A stretch of DNA of 64,000 nucleotides from Takakia lepidozioides (GCA_030704615.1 CM060732.1:83018001-83082000); one strand, 5' to 3'; counted from the stretch's first letter, positions 38,201-50,557 are shown. Notes: generated by a model not told the origin, from the letters alone. Program-made: numbers and translations.

Positions 38201-39779
38201 CAAAACAACTTAGGTGGCAAGATACTTTGGCGGTGTTTGACGTGGATATCCAGTACAAACCGGGACGAGACAACGTGGTGGCCGATGCTTTAAGTAGAAA
38301 GCAGCAGCTCTTGTTGGTGTACAAGGGCGAGACGGCGCTCCAAAAGAAGATCCGGAAAGGCTTGCCGGAAGGATGAGCTGGCAAAGTCCGCGATGCAGGA
38401 CTTGAGGATGGGGGGTAAATTGCAGTTCCACTTGCAAAAATGGATTGCTCTGGTATAAGCAAAAACGTCTCTACGTGCCGAAGGGAGGGATCAGAGATAG
38501 CCTCTTGAGAGAATGCCATGATAGCCCGCTTGCGGGCCACGGCGGAGCCAAGCGCACTGGTCACTCTTGAAGAAAGAGTATTTCTGGCCCAAACTGAGGG
38601 AGGAGGCAGAGGAGTATGTCAAGACATGCACCACATGCCAACAAAACCGGAGCGAGTACAAAAAGCAAGCGGGGCTGTTACAACCCTTGCCAATTCCAGA
38701 GGGGACTTGGGATTTCATGACTGCTATGCCGCTGTCAAAAGGATTCGATGCAATCATGGTGGTGGTGGATAGGTTCAGTAAAATGGGCCATTTCATCCCC
38801 ACCAAGGAGACGGCAACGGCGCAGGAGACAGGGGCGACTTTACTTCGCCCACGTCTTAAAACATCATGGAGTCCCGAAGGATATTGTCTCGGACCGCGAT
38901 CCAAAGTTTATGAGTAAATTTTGGAGGGCACTTTGGAAGAAGATGGGGACAAGGCTGAAGATGAGCACCGCCTTCCGACCTACGACCGACGGCCAAACAG
39001 AAAGGGTGAATTCCGTAGTGAAGCAGATCTTGCGGAATTACGTGTCGGCAGACCAAACAGACTGGGTGGAACACTTAGACGCGGCAGAGTTCTGTTATAA
39101 TAACACAGAACACTCCGCAACGGGAGTTTCCCCTTTCGTATTGGTCTATGGAAAAGCACCTCTGGTGCCGACAAGTTGGGCCGCCCAGGACGTTGAGGAA
39201 CCGGCAGTAGCGGCGGTACTGGAAGAACGCGAGCGTTTGTTGAAGCTCGCAAAGTACAATATTGCCAAAGCTAGGAAACGGTATGAAAGGCAGGCGAATC
39301 GGAAGCGGAGGGAAGTGAAGTTTGAGGCAGGCACAGAGGTCTGGTTGAACATCAAGAATTTCCGACTACCTCCGGAAGTGAGTCCGAAGTTCGTACCTCC
39401 GTATGCGGGACCCTTTCGCATTCGGAAGGTTATGAATGAGGATGTGTATGAATTGGAGCTGCCGGCAAACAGTAAGGTGCACCCAGTATTCCATGTATCC
39501 CTTTTGAAGCCTTACTTCAAAGATGAAGCGCGTCCGAATCGGCATCAAGTGTTGCGTCCACCACCTATGCTGTTGGATCATGAAAATGAACCTGAGTACG
39601 AGGTGGAGGCAATACTTAAGTCGAGGAGGTTCAGGAACCGAGAAACGGAGTATCTCGTCAAATGGAAGGGCTATCATCATGTGGAGGCATCTTGGGTGTG
39701 TGCCTCAGAAATGGGAAACGCATCCGAGGCGGTTGCAGCTTTCAAAGGGCGACCTCAAAAGCGGAAGAAGAAGCGTTGA
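35241..39779 (+). pseudogene. gag-pol (Gag, protease, RT, RNase H, integrase, chromodomain), frameshifted as assembled
   Basis: KPKEPGTFEG (gag), [62 protein letters not shown]...YLVKWKGY...SW. Confidence 0.93.
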
Positions 39780-40679
39780 TGGGGACATCAACCTTGGAGC
39801 GTGGGGAGGAAATGCATGCTTAGCCCGGCTTAGCTAGCTCATGAATCCAATTGCAAAAACTTGTATTGTACAAAATTTGCTTTAAATGAAATGTTTCAAA
39901 ATGTTGTGCTTCCTATTTTGTTTGGAATGGCGATGCATGGTATGGTTGGCTAGTGTGTAGAAGGCATGCTACTTACAAAAGCGGGAGAGGTAAATTGGGT
40001 TAATCGTGTGTTTGCGCAGTGCCAAAATCGGGTGACTCCCATCCAAGGGGCAAAGAAACTTGCGCCTTCTTTGGGAGTTCACGTGCTAGTGCGCACCTGG
40101 CGCGTGCGCGTACTATAATTGCGCTACCGAGGGAGTTGTCTTGTAGTGCGGGCTACGCGGAAGCTACGTGCTTCCGTTCACGTACTATAATCGTGTAGCC
40201 TCGGGACGAAGTCGTAGTGCGGCTTCGGCGTGTTCCCGTACCTCAGGCCAACATTCCAAGGCGGACCCAATTGTAGTGATTGGGGCGCACGGTTGGTTCA
40301 AGGTTATCTTCCTAGTCAAAGAGGGTTCCAGGTGAACCCTTGCTCAAGGTGATGCCAAAAGCGGCATCATGAGCGATCGCAAGCAATGTTGTTGCAGTAA
40401 GGCGATTCGATCCTCGGGGAGGATCGTTCCTTGGCCTTGAAGTAGGCCAAGAAGAGTGCACTGGGAGGAGCTGGAGAGGCTCCACCCTTGGCCGGGACTT
40501 GGAGGAAGTCGGCCGAACTAGCTAGTGGAGAGTAGAGTCAAGTGTGGGGTTTGGTTCTTTGCCATGGGACGCCATGGTACGGAAACAAACTCCTTGATGT
40601 GGGACGCCACAACTTGGAAGTTCGTTTCTACAAAATGAACAAGTCGATGAGGACATCGACTCCCTATTGGTAGGGTGTG

Positions 40680-41390
40680 TGTCGCGGCCCTTTGCCTTGA
40701 GGCAGGGGTATGAAGGGGTGCTGTGGTGGGGCAGCGGCAGCGATAGGTATGGGGGGCTGAAGCACCCTTGAGTGCTCAAGGCACCCAAGGAGGCGGAGGC
40801 GCTCACTAGGTGGAGCCCCGCACACCGTGTTGCGGTGGGGGTGGCTCCACAAGGGGTGGTGGTAGCTTAGCGGGACTTAGTGGGGGTGGCATAGGACTCA
40901 CCATGGGGGCGGAGACCTCGTGGGAGTCGTGGGGAGTCTTGGGACTCATCACGGTCCATAGGGGCCGTAGTGAGTGGGCCAAGACTCACCGCGACTCATC
41001 ACCGGGAGTCGAGGGTTTTCGTGGTGGTTCGCCATAAAATGGCATGGCTGGTTGTGAAACCCCCGCGGACAGCTACAGAAGTATATATAAGGGGAGTAGT
41101 GACCCCGAGAACGGTGCAAGCCCGTTGGTGACCAAAAACTAGTGAGTAAGCGAGCGAGCCGGAAAGCGACCAAAGAGTGGGGAGCTGTTCCGGACTGCCA
41201 TCTACCAAAGGGAATTCTCCTAGTCCCAAATAGGTGGAGGGTTTAGTGGGAAGCGAAGGGGGACCGTTATGTCCCGGTGAGCAGCCGAAGCTCCAAGTTG
41301 GCCCGGGTGGCCAGGTTGGGAGTCAGGCGCGCGCATCAAAGCGAGTAACTATGACTTGAAGGGGAGCTTATCGAAGTGAGGTGCGCGACA
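40680..41390 (+). repeat. 3' LTR
   Basis: Matches the 5' LTR and is followed by TSD TTAAC (41391-41395). Confidence 0.97.
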
Positions 41391-43749
41391 TTAACCCTCT
41401 TGATGTGATCGAACATAAGGAAGCAGTTGCCAAGATCGTCACCCTTCTGCATACGTTTAACCAGGCTGACTGTGCTGCCCTCACCTTTTGTGGACATTTT
41501 GAACAGGAACACTTTCCTGGCTCCTTGCCCCGGGAAAACGTTGTCTTGGATGTAGTCGTACATGCTCATTTTCTTCAAATCCATAATATTGTCCATATAA
41601 CCTGGGCTCCCAGAGCCCATTCTTAAAGCGTTCACCTGATTCCTAACGTTTGGAGAAATCAAAGTTGAGAAATGGTCCATAACAGTGTCCAAAGCTGGTC
41701 CCTCCAATTTTCCTCCAACCGAATCCGATGCACATAAAATACGGCTTTCCAGAAAGGACTTGCTCGCCCCCATGGCAATTGCAGATGTGGTTCCAGTTGG
41801 ATTGGTATCCAACTCTTGCCTTATCAGACGCAAGACTGTCTCAACGCTCTCCCTGTAATCCCCCTTGGACACAGGGTGGTTGTGAAAACCGAAATGGACA
41901 CAGGCTCTAGTCAAGGTTTTGAATCGATGCACCACATAGTACATTCTGGCGCCACACATTGTAAGGAGGCAAGGTGGTACCCTACAGAACTTGCACACAA
42001 AAGTGTTACTATATGGTGGTGTCATACCAGGCTTGAATGGATTCTCACTGACACCATCCTATTCGCTTTGGTTTTGCACACCCGACAATGCAAAGTGTTT
42101 GCATTTCATGTTCTCGCATTTCAGGTGCCCATTACAGACTGTTCGCCTGAATATGAGGTTGTTGTGGTTGTGAATATTGGAGGTTTTTGTGCGGCACCAA
42201 GGGTGCCCATCGTGCTTTTTGTCCATTCCTTCCATGAGACTGGAAATGCCCCCCACGCGACCAGGAGGAGGCAGCTCGAAAACAATTTTACCATCAAAAG
42301 ATTCCGGCAAGAATGCCACCCTCTAAACATTGAAAGTGCTCCAGTCAATCCCCCTCAACTCACTCTTGAATCCTGCCATCCCACCCATGGCTTTCAGTTT
42401 AGGAATGACACTGGTGATCTCCTCCACATCTGCTTCCTGATGTGGACATGGCTGATCCACCGGCGGTATTTCACAGGCGTCATCGGAGGATGAGTCTGAA
42501 AGCTCAACTACAGTGTTAACGGTACTTGACTCCTTCTCGACAACCACGGGTGTTTTCTCCTGGGCCACTGATGCTGCCGTGCCAAGAGTAACGAACGATC
42601 CTGCAGACTGTCTCCAAGGAGCACTGAGCACCCTGTATTTGCCTGGAGTCACTCTCCATTGTGTGGTTGGTGCAATATGCGAAGGTTTCTGGAACGAGTA
42701 CTTGAGCAGTTTTCCATTGGCATCGTACACTTCCCTTTCAAGGAATAGAGTTCCATTTTCCAACCGAAACTACGTTGCGAGCACGTGTTCATGCACCACC
42801 GCAAAACCGTCATCTTCCACCTCGTAAGAAAAGGGGACAGGGTGGTCCTCACTGAAGAAGTCCGCGTCAAGGGAGCCCATGGGCTGGGAGGCCATCTGTC
42901 AATATTGCTTCAAAACGCACAGTTCACAGTCCGACGTTGCTTCTGATTGCAGGTTGTACTAGAGTGCAGTTTTTTGGCTATATAGAAGACGTCCTTACAC
43001 ACAATTGCAGGTGTCGCTCCCGCTTGCAGGTCTCCTAGCGCGGTTTGGCACATCATAGAAATGTGTCCCCATGCGAACCAAGTGGATGGTCGTAGAGTGT
43101 CCAAATGCGGAGTGGATAATGTCAGCCCTAATCAAAGAATCCAACTGTTTTCTCACAGGTGCCCCACCAGTGCATTGGACAACCAACTCAGTAAGATTGA
43201 CTGACAGAGCCGCCATTTGCCTGTCATGTCAAAGATTCCAGATGAGATGCCTATTTCCATTCAATTTTAACGGCACCTGCACCACTGTACAACTGTACAT
43301 ACTTCACATTCTTCTGAAACATCCCAAAAGCTATTACTCAACAATGAACTTTTTCGGATGAGAGGTGGACCCGAACGAATTTCGGTGGATGAGAAAAAAA
43401 TGATTTCCGGAGATTTTCATAACGGTTAGATGGGCACGTGTTCGCCATGCATGTGGAATGAGCATGTGGCGCACAGGTCGTTCCGAGCGATCATCTTGGT
43501 GTGGAAGGCCTTGCGGTGAATCCACCGTAGCCCCCTTTTTTCCTTCTTCTCCTTATTGTCCTTGCAACCCTGGATTCTGTAGAGACAGTGACCACATCCC
43601 GAGGGAGAAGAAAACGTCAAAGAATACTTTACTTCACATCAAACAAGCAAAGGGTACGCGCTAAGGAGAGGATGAGGAAGGCGAGACGGAAACTTAGAAT
43701 GGGAGAAGAAACCTCTGGCGGAGATGAGGACGAACGCCAAAACCCGATT

Positions 43750-46365
43750 CTGCAAGGTTGATGTCGACCTCCAAAGTGTATGTTCTGGGCATGAAACGAG
43801 TGCAGATGCTGCACTCGAATCAACCTTGCGTTGACGCAAGGTTGATTCGTGTGCCTTTTTTGTTCATTCCCACCAACCCTAAACGCCTGGCAGCCATGGA
43901 ACTGTTGAATGCTCCCGGTGCATCATCAAGTGCCAAGAAGAAACCATAAGTTGCAATGTGCTTTTCCATCTGATTTTTTTGTTTGTTGAACACCAATCTG
44001 AGAGCTCGGCATCAACCTTGCGTCAATGCAAGGTTGATGTTGACCTCCAAAGTGTATGTTTATGAAGGTGACATGAAGCAGATTCAGCACTTGAATCAAC
44101 CTTGTGTTGACGCGAGGCTGATTTTGATGCCACTCCTAGCATCCGAAGTCTCGCACCAGGAACCGCAAAGTAGGGAAAGTCGATTATCTAAAGCCCCCAA
44201 AAGAACCCTGCGTCAACGCAAAGCATTTAGTGGGTTCAATGGACTGTTGCGGTATGCATTTTAGACTAAGCTACATCCCCATCAATCAACCTTGCGTCAA
44301 CGCAAGGTTGATCCATGGGAGCTCAATCTGTCACTCACAAGGATATTCATTATCTGCAGAAGAAAAGAAAAAAGAAATCCGTGGGGGGTGATGCGGCAGT
44401 GGCAGAAGGTGATGGTGAGGAAGAGTCATTTGAGGGACACTATGAAGACAAGGCCGAAGAGGTTATGGGTGGGCAGAAAGTGAACTCCTCGAAGGTGATT
44501 CTGTCGATGGAGGTTCCCGGCGGAAACCTGGTTATCCCACTATGCAAGATGATCTCCATGCCCGCGGTTCGACCCGCATTGAGGAACAACATCACGAAGT
44601 TGAAGAACGATTTTGTTCACGGCTATGTCAAGGGATCTGCAGTGTTCTATGTATCCACTGTGAACACGAAAGGAGAGGAGTGTCTTGTAACAGAGGACAT
44701 AGAGCAAAGTTGGGATGCATGCTGGCGGGATGTAAACAGGGAGTTTGATGTCCAAAAAGGCCTCCACAAAAGCGTTTATGGGAAAGATGGTTTTTGTCTG
44801 GGATGGGAACCATAGACTGCTTGCCTGGATGGATTACATTTCAAGCTTGCACTCGGACAAGATCGAATGGTACTGGAGCGTGGTTTCCATGGTACTCGAC
44901 CACAAAGGACGTGTCACGCAGCTCTTGACAGCCATGCACGACATAAACAAGTAAGTTACCAACATTGTTCCCGTTCCGATCTGCGTTTGCACAATTAGAA
45001 ATCATCTTATGAGTTGAAGGTTTTTCCAGGTCCAATGAAACCTCCCATGTGACGACAAATCTTTGCCACACTCTATTATGTATCCAGAAGATAGGGCTGA
45101 TGCCACTGGAGTCATTCACGAGCGTGCTCAGTCCTCAGCAGATGAAGAGGTGTGCTGAAAAGAAGACAAGCACATGGTACAGCCTGACAAGAGAGGCTTT
45201 TCTTGACTACATGTACATGGTAAGCTTCTTGACATCTGTTTGATTGTTGTTACTGCAAATTTTATCAAGAAACGGCAGTGTTTGATTCTTTCTCCCTGTA
45301 ATGTATGCAGCAAGAAATAGCAGAAACTGGTTTGAAGGCGAAAGCAGAGTACTATGCTTCCCACACAGAAGAGCAGAGGTCTGCAACTGGGCTTGAGGAC
45401 ATTATGAAATTTGAGATGAACAATCAAAGGAAAAACCTCATGAGTGCGTTCGACAAACAAATCCGCATAGCAGATCCAAGTCTTGGCACGGAATTTTTGG
45501 AACAGGTGAAAGCACATTATGACAAGTATGGCTCCAAGCCAGAGATGACCCAAGAGAAACTGCATCGCCTTTCCATTTCAATGGTGGACAATGCAACCAA
45601 AATCAGGTGGTTGGAGATCTGGAACACTTGCCCCCGGATCACACTGGAGGCCTATATCAGGAGATGGAAGCTCGCTGTCTAGAACAACTGTTTCTTCAGG
45701 GAGTTTGAGAGAGACAAAGGAATCTCCAGGTCCTACGAATTCAAAAACCAGTACAACAACGAGCAAGCAATGAAACGAGTGTTGTACAGGTGTGACCTCC
45801 AAGAAACAAATATGGTACTTGAAGTGTATGTTTCTGTATTCTTGTGTCGTTTTTTCCATGTAAAACTATGAATTTGGAGGTTTTGAGGGAGCTCTGAAGG
45901 CTCTGGACGTGCAGCCGAGCAACATTGCGTTAACGCAAGCTTGTATCCCATTGTTTTGGTTTCACTTTCATGTACCTGGTGTATCCAATGATGTCGTTTT
46001 TCTGCATGTGAAAGGGCAAAAAATGACAGGCAAATCAACCTTGCGTCAACGCAAGGTTGATGAAGGGCCAGGCTATGTAGGTTTTCATGTGTTCTTGGGC
46101 TGTTTTTTTGGTGGTTTCCAGTTCCAATGCTGCCAGGATGAACTTAAAGTCTGTTTGGAGTCTGTTTGAAATGTTGTTTAGAGCTTACACTGTACCAACA
46201 AACAGCCTTGTGTTGACGCAACGTTGTTTGACGGTATTGATTGCTAGAAATGTCCCACAGAAATACCCCGATTTCCATACAATTGTAGGAAAGTTAAGGT
46301 TATCAAATACCATGGACAGGTGTTTCAGCAGAGGAATTCAACCTTGCGTCAATGCAAGGTTGATT
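43750..46365. repeat. Dispersed ~28-30 bp palindromes AATCAACCTTGCGT(TG/CA)ACGCAAGGTTGATT (~10 copies)
   Basis: Copies at about 43818, 44011, 44094, 44205, 44284, 45921, 46033, 46205 and 46337. Variant AACCTCGTGTTAACACGAGGTT copies at 32060-32260. Confidence 0.92.
44315..45789 (+). pseudogene. Cargo gene copy 4 (ParB-like, no MTase seen before the element end). Exons ~44315-44950, 45030-45219, 45311-45789
   Basis: VIPLCKMISMPAVRPAL...FVWDGNHRLLAW...LLTAMHDINK|, with introns at positions shared with copies 2 and 3. One frameshift near 44750. Confidence 0.78.
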
Positions 46366-48419
46366 GGGATTCCATGTTGTGCATGAGATGAGCGGAAGCT
46401 TGCGCACGGGTGTTGTCCCAACAAACAATGTATTCGCCTCTCCATGGGGGTCGCGGAAAAAAAAACGTCGCGGATGGGCTGCTGTGTTCATAGATGATAT
46501 TACTGCAGACTCTGGAAGTAGTTCCTCTGAAACCTCCAATAATTCTTGAGGTTCAAGTACCGAGACTTAATAAAATGTGTTTTGGTTTTGGTTCTATCCC
46601 CAAACTATTTTTCAAGTTCTTCGCGCGTTCCTGTAAGTACTGTTAGGGATTGCCTGGGGTAGGTTTTCAGATTCCGACATTGAAAAATGTTTGTGGGTTG
46701 GAATGAATGAACTACTTTGCAAAAAAAGGGGTTTGTTGTTAATATTCAATTCTCTAGCGGGCGATCTCCTCATTAAAAATTCATGTCCTCGATCCTAAAC
46801 CATCCACAAACCTACCATTGTTCTCGGTCGGAAAGAATATTCATGTGGGGGGGATGACGAGGGATCAAAAAATAAGGACATAGGCGACAACCGATCCGCG
46901 GTAATAGGGGGGGGGGGGGGGGGGGGAGCTCGGAATTAGGGCCTGCACACGTGGATGATTGCTGACGTGGCGTGATCCTAGCCAGGCTCACGCGCAAGCA
47001 TTCCCCGGCTCAGGCTTGTGTTGACGCAAACCTGATTCCCTATGGACTTTCAAATCAGGTTTCTTGTCCGCATTTGGTGACTGACCTCATTTTCACGATG
47101 TCTGTGGGTTGGGTATCAAGAAATTGCTGATGCGGGAGAGCGGGGGAAAGCGGAGTACTACGGCAAAACTCCAGAGAGTGAACGAATTCCGCGGGAAGGT
47201 GGTGACGGCGTTCACCAAATAGCTGCGCATAGCTGATCCTGGTCTTGGCACACAGTTTCTGGAAGAGGTCCGCATTCATTGGAGCAAGACAACCAAGCCA
47301 AAAATGACTCAGGAGAAGCTGCACAGGAGAAGCTGCACAGGCTTGCCATGGCCATGGTGGAACCTGGAGTGAAAGTGCGGTGGCTTCAGATTTGGAACTC
47401 TGAGGCTGTTCTCCGCCAGGAAAATAGTTTTCCCATGGGGGAGAACAACACCACTGGAGTCGTCACCCCTTTCAGTGACCAAGTTTGGGACGTGTGGCTC
47501 CACAAAGCCACATTTTGGGCGCAGGTAAGACTTCCTGCATACATTTGTCCCCTCAATACTTGGATTGAAAGTGTTTGAGCGCATCTGAAGATTCTAACAG
47601 AGTGGTCGAGTCATTCAAGACCTGGATAAGGAGGTGGAAAGGGATCGTTTGGAACCATGCGTTCTTCCAGGAGTTTGCCATGGAAGGTGGCATAACTCGC
47701 TCCAACTTGTTCGATGCGCAGTACAATGGGGAGCAGGTGATGAAGCGAGTCATATACAGGTTTGTCTGTCATGCATTTTGATTTTTGACTGCTGTTTTCA
47801 GTTGCCTATCTTGGGGCTTGCGTTAATGCAAGCCTGCAGACCCCGCTCATCGTGCCTTGCAGTCTTTGCTATGTCTTGGGGCAGGGATCAGGCTTGCATT
47901 GACACAAGCATGAAATGTGGGTGTAATGGAGCTTAACTGAGTGTGGGAGAGGGGTCTGTTGAGAGGCTTTGGAGTACATGGTTTGCAGGTATCCTGAGTG
48001 CACAGACTGTGAGGGAGGGGTCTTCTTTCGGGTCTGCATTAGGCTTGCGTTGACGCAAGCCTGATTAAGGTCAGTCGGCACTGTGGGTGAGGTGATAGAA
48101 AAAGCAATTGTTGGGGGTCAAGGAGGATTTTTCTGACTTGGGATCAGGCTTTCATTGACGCAAGGATGAGTCCAGCATGCACTTAGAGTGTGTTTTGTCC
48201 ATTGTTATTGCGAAGGTATGGTAGCTGCTGTCATGGGTGTCTTTGGCTTGTGTTAATTTTCTGGTTGCTCTCACCGCAGATATATCCACCGAGTGCTTTT
48301 CCCTGGGGGTTTTCTAAGCGCCTACCCATTCTTCATTGACAGCGGGGGCTGCTATTTCATGAGCCATGAGCCATGAGCGGCATGAGCCATGAGCAGACTC
48401 GTAACTGTCGAAAAAATCA

Positions 48420-50390
48420 TAAGCAGTAATTTTTTTCAGAAATGATTGTCCACAGGAATAGGGTACTTATCCGCGGTCATAGGATCCGTGAAAGCAATTG
48501 CGGCACCTTATTTCCACCGGGTACATACAGTCCGATGAGAAAAGCGGCGCATGGTTTCCATGGCACAGATGGAAACTGAAAACGGCTCCATTCATAGAGC
48601 AGCCAATCTTCATCCGTGCAAGTCCCTGTAAGGGGGGAAATCAAATATCTTGTGGAGTATAAGCAATGAAGGGTAGCGTTTGCAAACTCATTCTCATCTC
48701 CATACACAGTCTCCTGAGTGCCAAAATACTGTTCTTGTAGCATCGTCCGCGATTCCTTTGCAAGGATGCCGTGCCGCCGAAATCCAATGGACCCCATTCA
48801 TAAGCAGAATTTGGCACCGCATTCCAATCCACAGTTACAAATGCCAACCGGTTTCTGTTTGGCAGTACGGTAATTATCTGGTTTCCCTTGGAGCGAGGCC
48901 TATGAGTTGATGCAGGTCCACATCTTCTCAGAACTGGGACGCCACTCTTACGGGTCCACTTGGCAATTCCCGCCTCTGTGTTTTTCCTTTGCTGGCAAGG
49001 ACCACCACACAACCTTTGTCATCCAATACCATGCAGGCTAGCCCAAACCCTTTCTCCAAAAGTCCTCAGAAATACTTGCTCCAAGAGGGCACAATATACA
49101 GTCCTTCCAGAGGCTCTCCATCTGGAATATCCAAAGATGATCAAATCACATGACCAGTCGGTCCGTTTTCCACGCCTCATGCAATTCTTCCCTTCACTTG
49201 TCATTGCAAAGAAATCCATCATGGCTACAAATCCTGGAGTGTCTACAGGCTTTCAGGCCTTCCATTTGCTTGATGTGTGCTAACTTGGCGGCCGGCCGGC
49301 CATCCAATGCCCTCAAAAAACTCTCATTCACACACTGAATCACTGTTTTTGGCTCCAACTTTGGCCTGCCCTTCATTTCCACTAGCTCGCACGGGTGCCC
49401 CCGGGAGGTTGAAGAGTGTCTTCTTTGCTGAGCCAGTTTTCACAGCTTTCATAGTAAGAGGGGTTAGAGGGGATTTGGCTGGCCACCGAACACCGCATCA
49501 TCCTTCAGCATTTTTTTGAATTCCGTGTTGCGAGTGTGGCAGTGGGGATCCTAGGCTGCTAACTCTTCTGCTGTCGGGCATGCGATCCACCTTCCTCATT
49601 CTCAATGGAAACATAGAAGGCGGCAGACCCCAGCCAATAGCCTTCTTGGAATGCAAACTTCATCTTATCCACATCCCTTGCGAGAGCAAGCCTCACTATC
49701 AGGAGGGAGACCATTCGACAGAGTGGAATTCGCAGTGTGCAAGGGAAGACCTTGGTCCTAAGAACTCTGCCAATGCTGCTGTGAGTCTCCTCCACCATTT
49801 GATTCTCTGCACTATGAAAATCCTCCTACGACATTTTTGGGGGTGGGAGAAGGGGCTGTTCAGATGGACCACCCAGAGCCGTGCCTGTATTCTTGGGAAT
49901 GTAGCCGGGCAGATCATGTGGGAGAATGTAGTCGTCCATACCTCCCCTATTGTCACGAAAGTCCTAATCTAGGTAGGAGAAGTCGAGCTCCCCATGTTAA
50001 GAAACAACACCTTCATCCGCTGAAAGATCGACCAGGACAAGAGTGTTAGAGATCGTCGTCGAAGCAGCTGCCTGAGCTTCTGCAGAGTTGCCCCCGGTTT
50101 CCTTCTGAAACTCCTGCAAGAACTGAGCTTCAACTGGTGGAGGGGTTTTGCTGGTGACTGCTCTGCCCTTGCTTTCGCCCCCTTCTGCTTCTTACTCTTT
50201 GCAAGGGAAGGGGACTCCTCCGTTCTCGTCCGATTCTCGGTGCCGAATTTCCATCCGGGGGTAGTAATGTGACGCCCGGGTGTCGGCTTCTCCCCTTCAG
50301 CCGACATCATCCGGACGGCCCCCCACTTTCTGACTGCATACCGTTGGCAGTTATTGCGCAAAGACCAGGGGCCGCATTCCGGAGACAAGG
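48420..50390 (-). pseudogene. Cargo gene copy 5, deleted: ParB N-part joined to the MTase region
   Basis: LRIPLCRMVSLLIVRLALARDVDKMKFAFQEGY; GRPKLEPKTVIQCVNES; TGTGATTTGATCATCTTTGGATATTCCAGATGG reads CDLII-LDIPDG across a frameshift. Confidence 0.7.
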
Positions 50391-50557
50391 TTCATTAACA
50401 CTCTGACGGTGGATTTTTGAGATAGTTGGCTCCCTGGTTTGGATCAGGCTTCGTCGCACGGACAAATCGGCACTGCATTCCTTCCCATCGCTGCATCCCC
50501 CTTCTACCAGGGAGCTTGCCCGCACGCCATCCTGGCTGTCTTGTGTGCACATCTCCC

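Larger units (their letters stand above)
34463..41390 (+). mobile_element. Full-length Ty3/Gypsy chromovirus LTR retrotransposon
   Basis: LTRs 34463-35185 and 40680-41390 (TG...CA, near identical), 5-bp TSD TTAAC, PBS TGGTATCAGAGC (35188-35199), and a purine-rich tract before the 3' LTR. Confidence 0.97.
32459..42895 (-). pseudogene. MULE-type transposase with N-terminal GCM/WRKY-like Zn domain, DDE core and C-terminal SWIM finger; interrupted by the Gypsy, with premature stops
   Basis: Removing the Gypsy and one TSD restores FDHIKRVKDWTTMACH. Core motifs FMADSAQA, RTCLFHW (CxxH) and CNLAE; SWIM CTCPDF...CKHL; N-terminal W..T.N.HN...C.GHLKC...C...CKFC...C...HFGFHNHP. Probable 93-nt intron 33934-33842. 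Confidence 0.85.
31836..47007 (-). mobile_element. Complete MULE-like DNA transposon (about 8.2 kb without the nested Gypsy), with transposase and ParB-like gene head-to-head
   Basis: 8-bp TSD GCTCAGGC (31828-31835 and 47008-47015). Imperfect TIRs CAACGACGCTACCGCGTGAGC and GCTCACGCGCAAGCATTCCCCG with a shared TGAGCCTGG..TAGG..GCCACGTCA block. Confidence 0.85.
30853..47780 (+). pseudogene. Cargo gene copy 3 (ParB-like), split by the nested MULE. Exons ~30853-31484, 31589-31781, then ~47115-47524 and ~47590-47759
   Basis: IPLCRMISMPVVCPAL...FVWDGNHHLLA...LLTAMHDINK|. The sequence after 47100 continues the homology (IADPGLGTQFLEEV, QEKLHRL, VIYR|). Confidence 0.75.
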
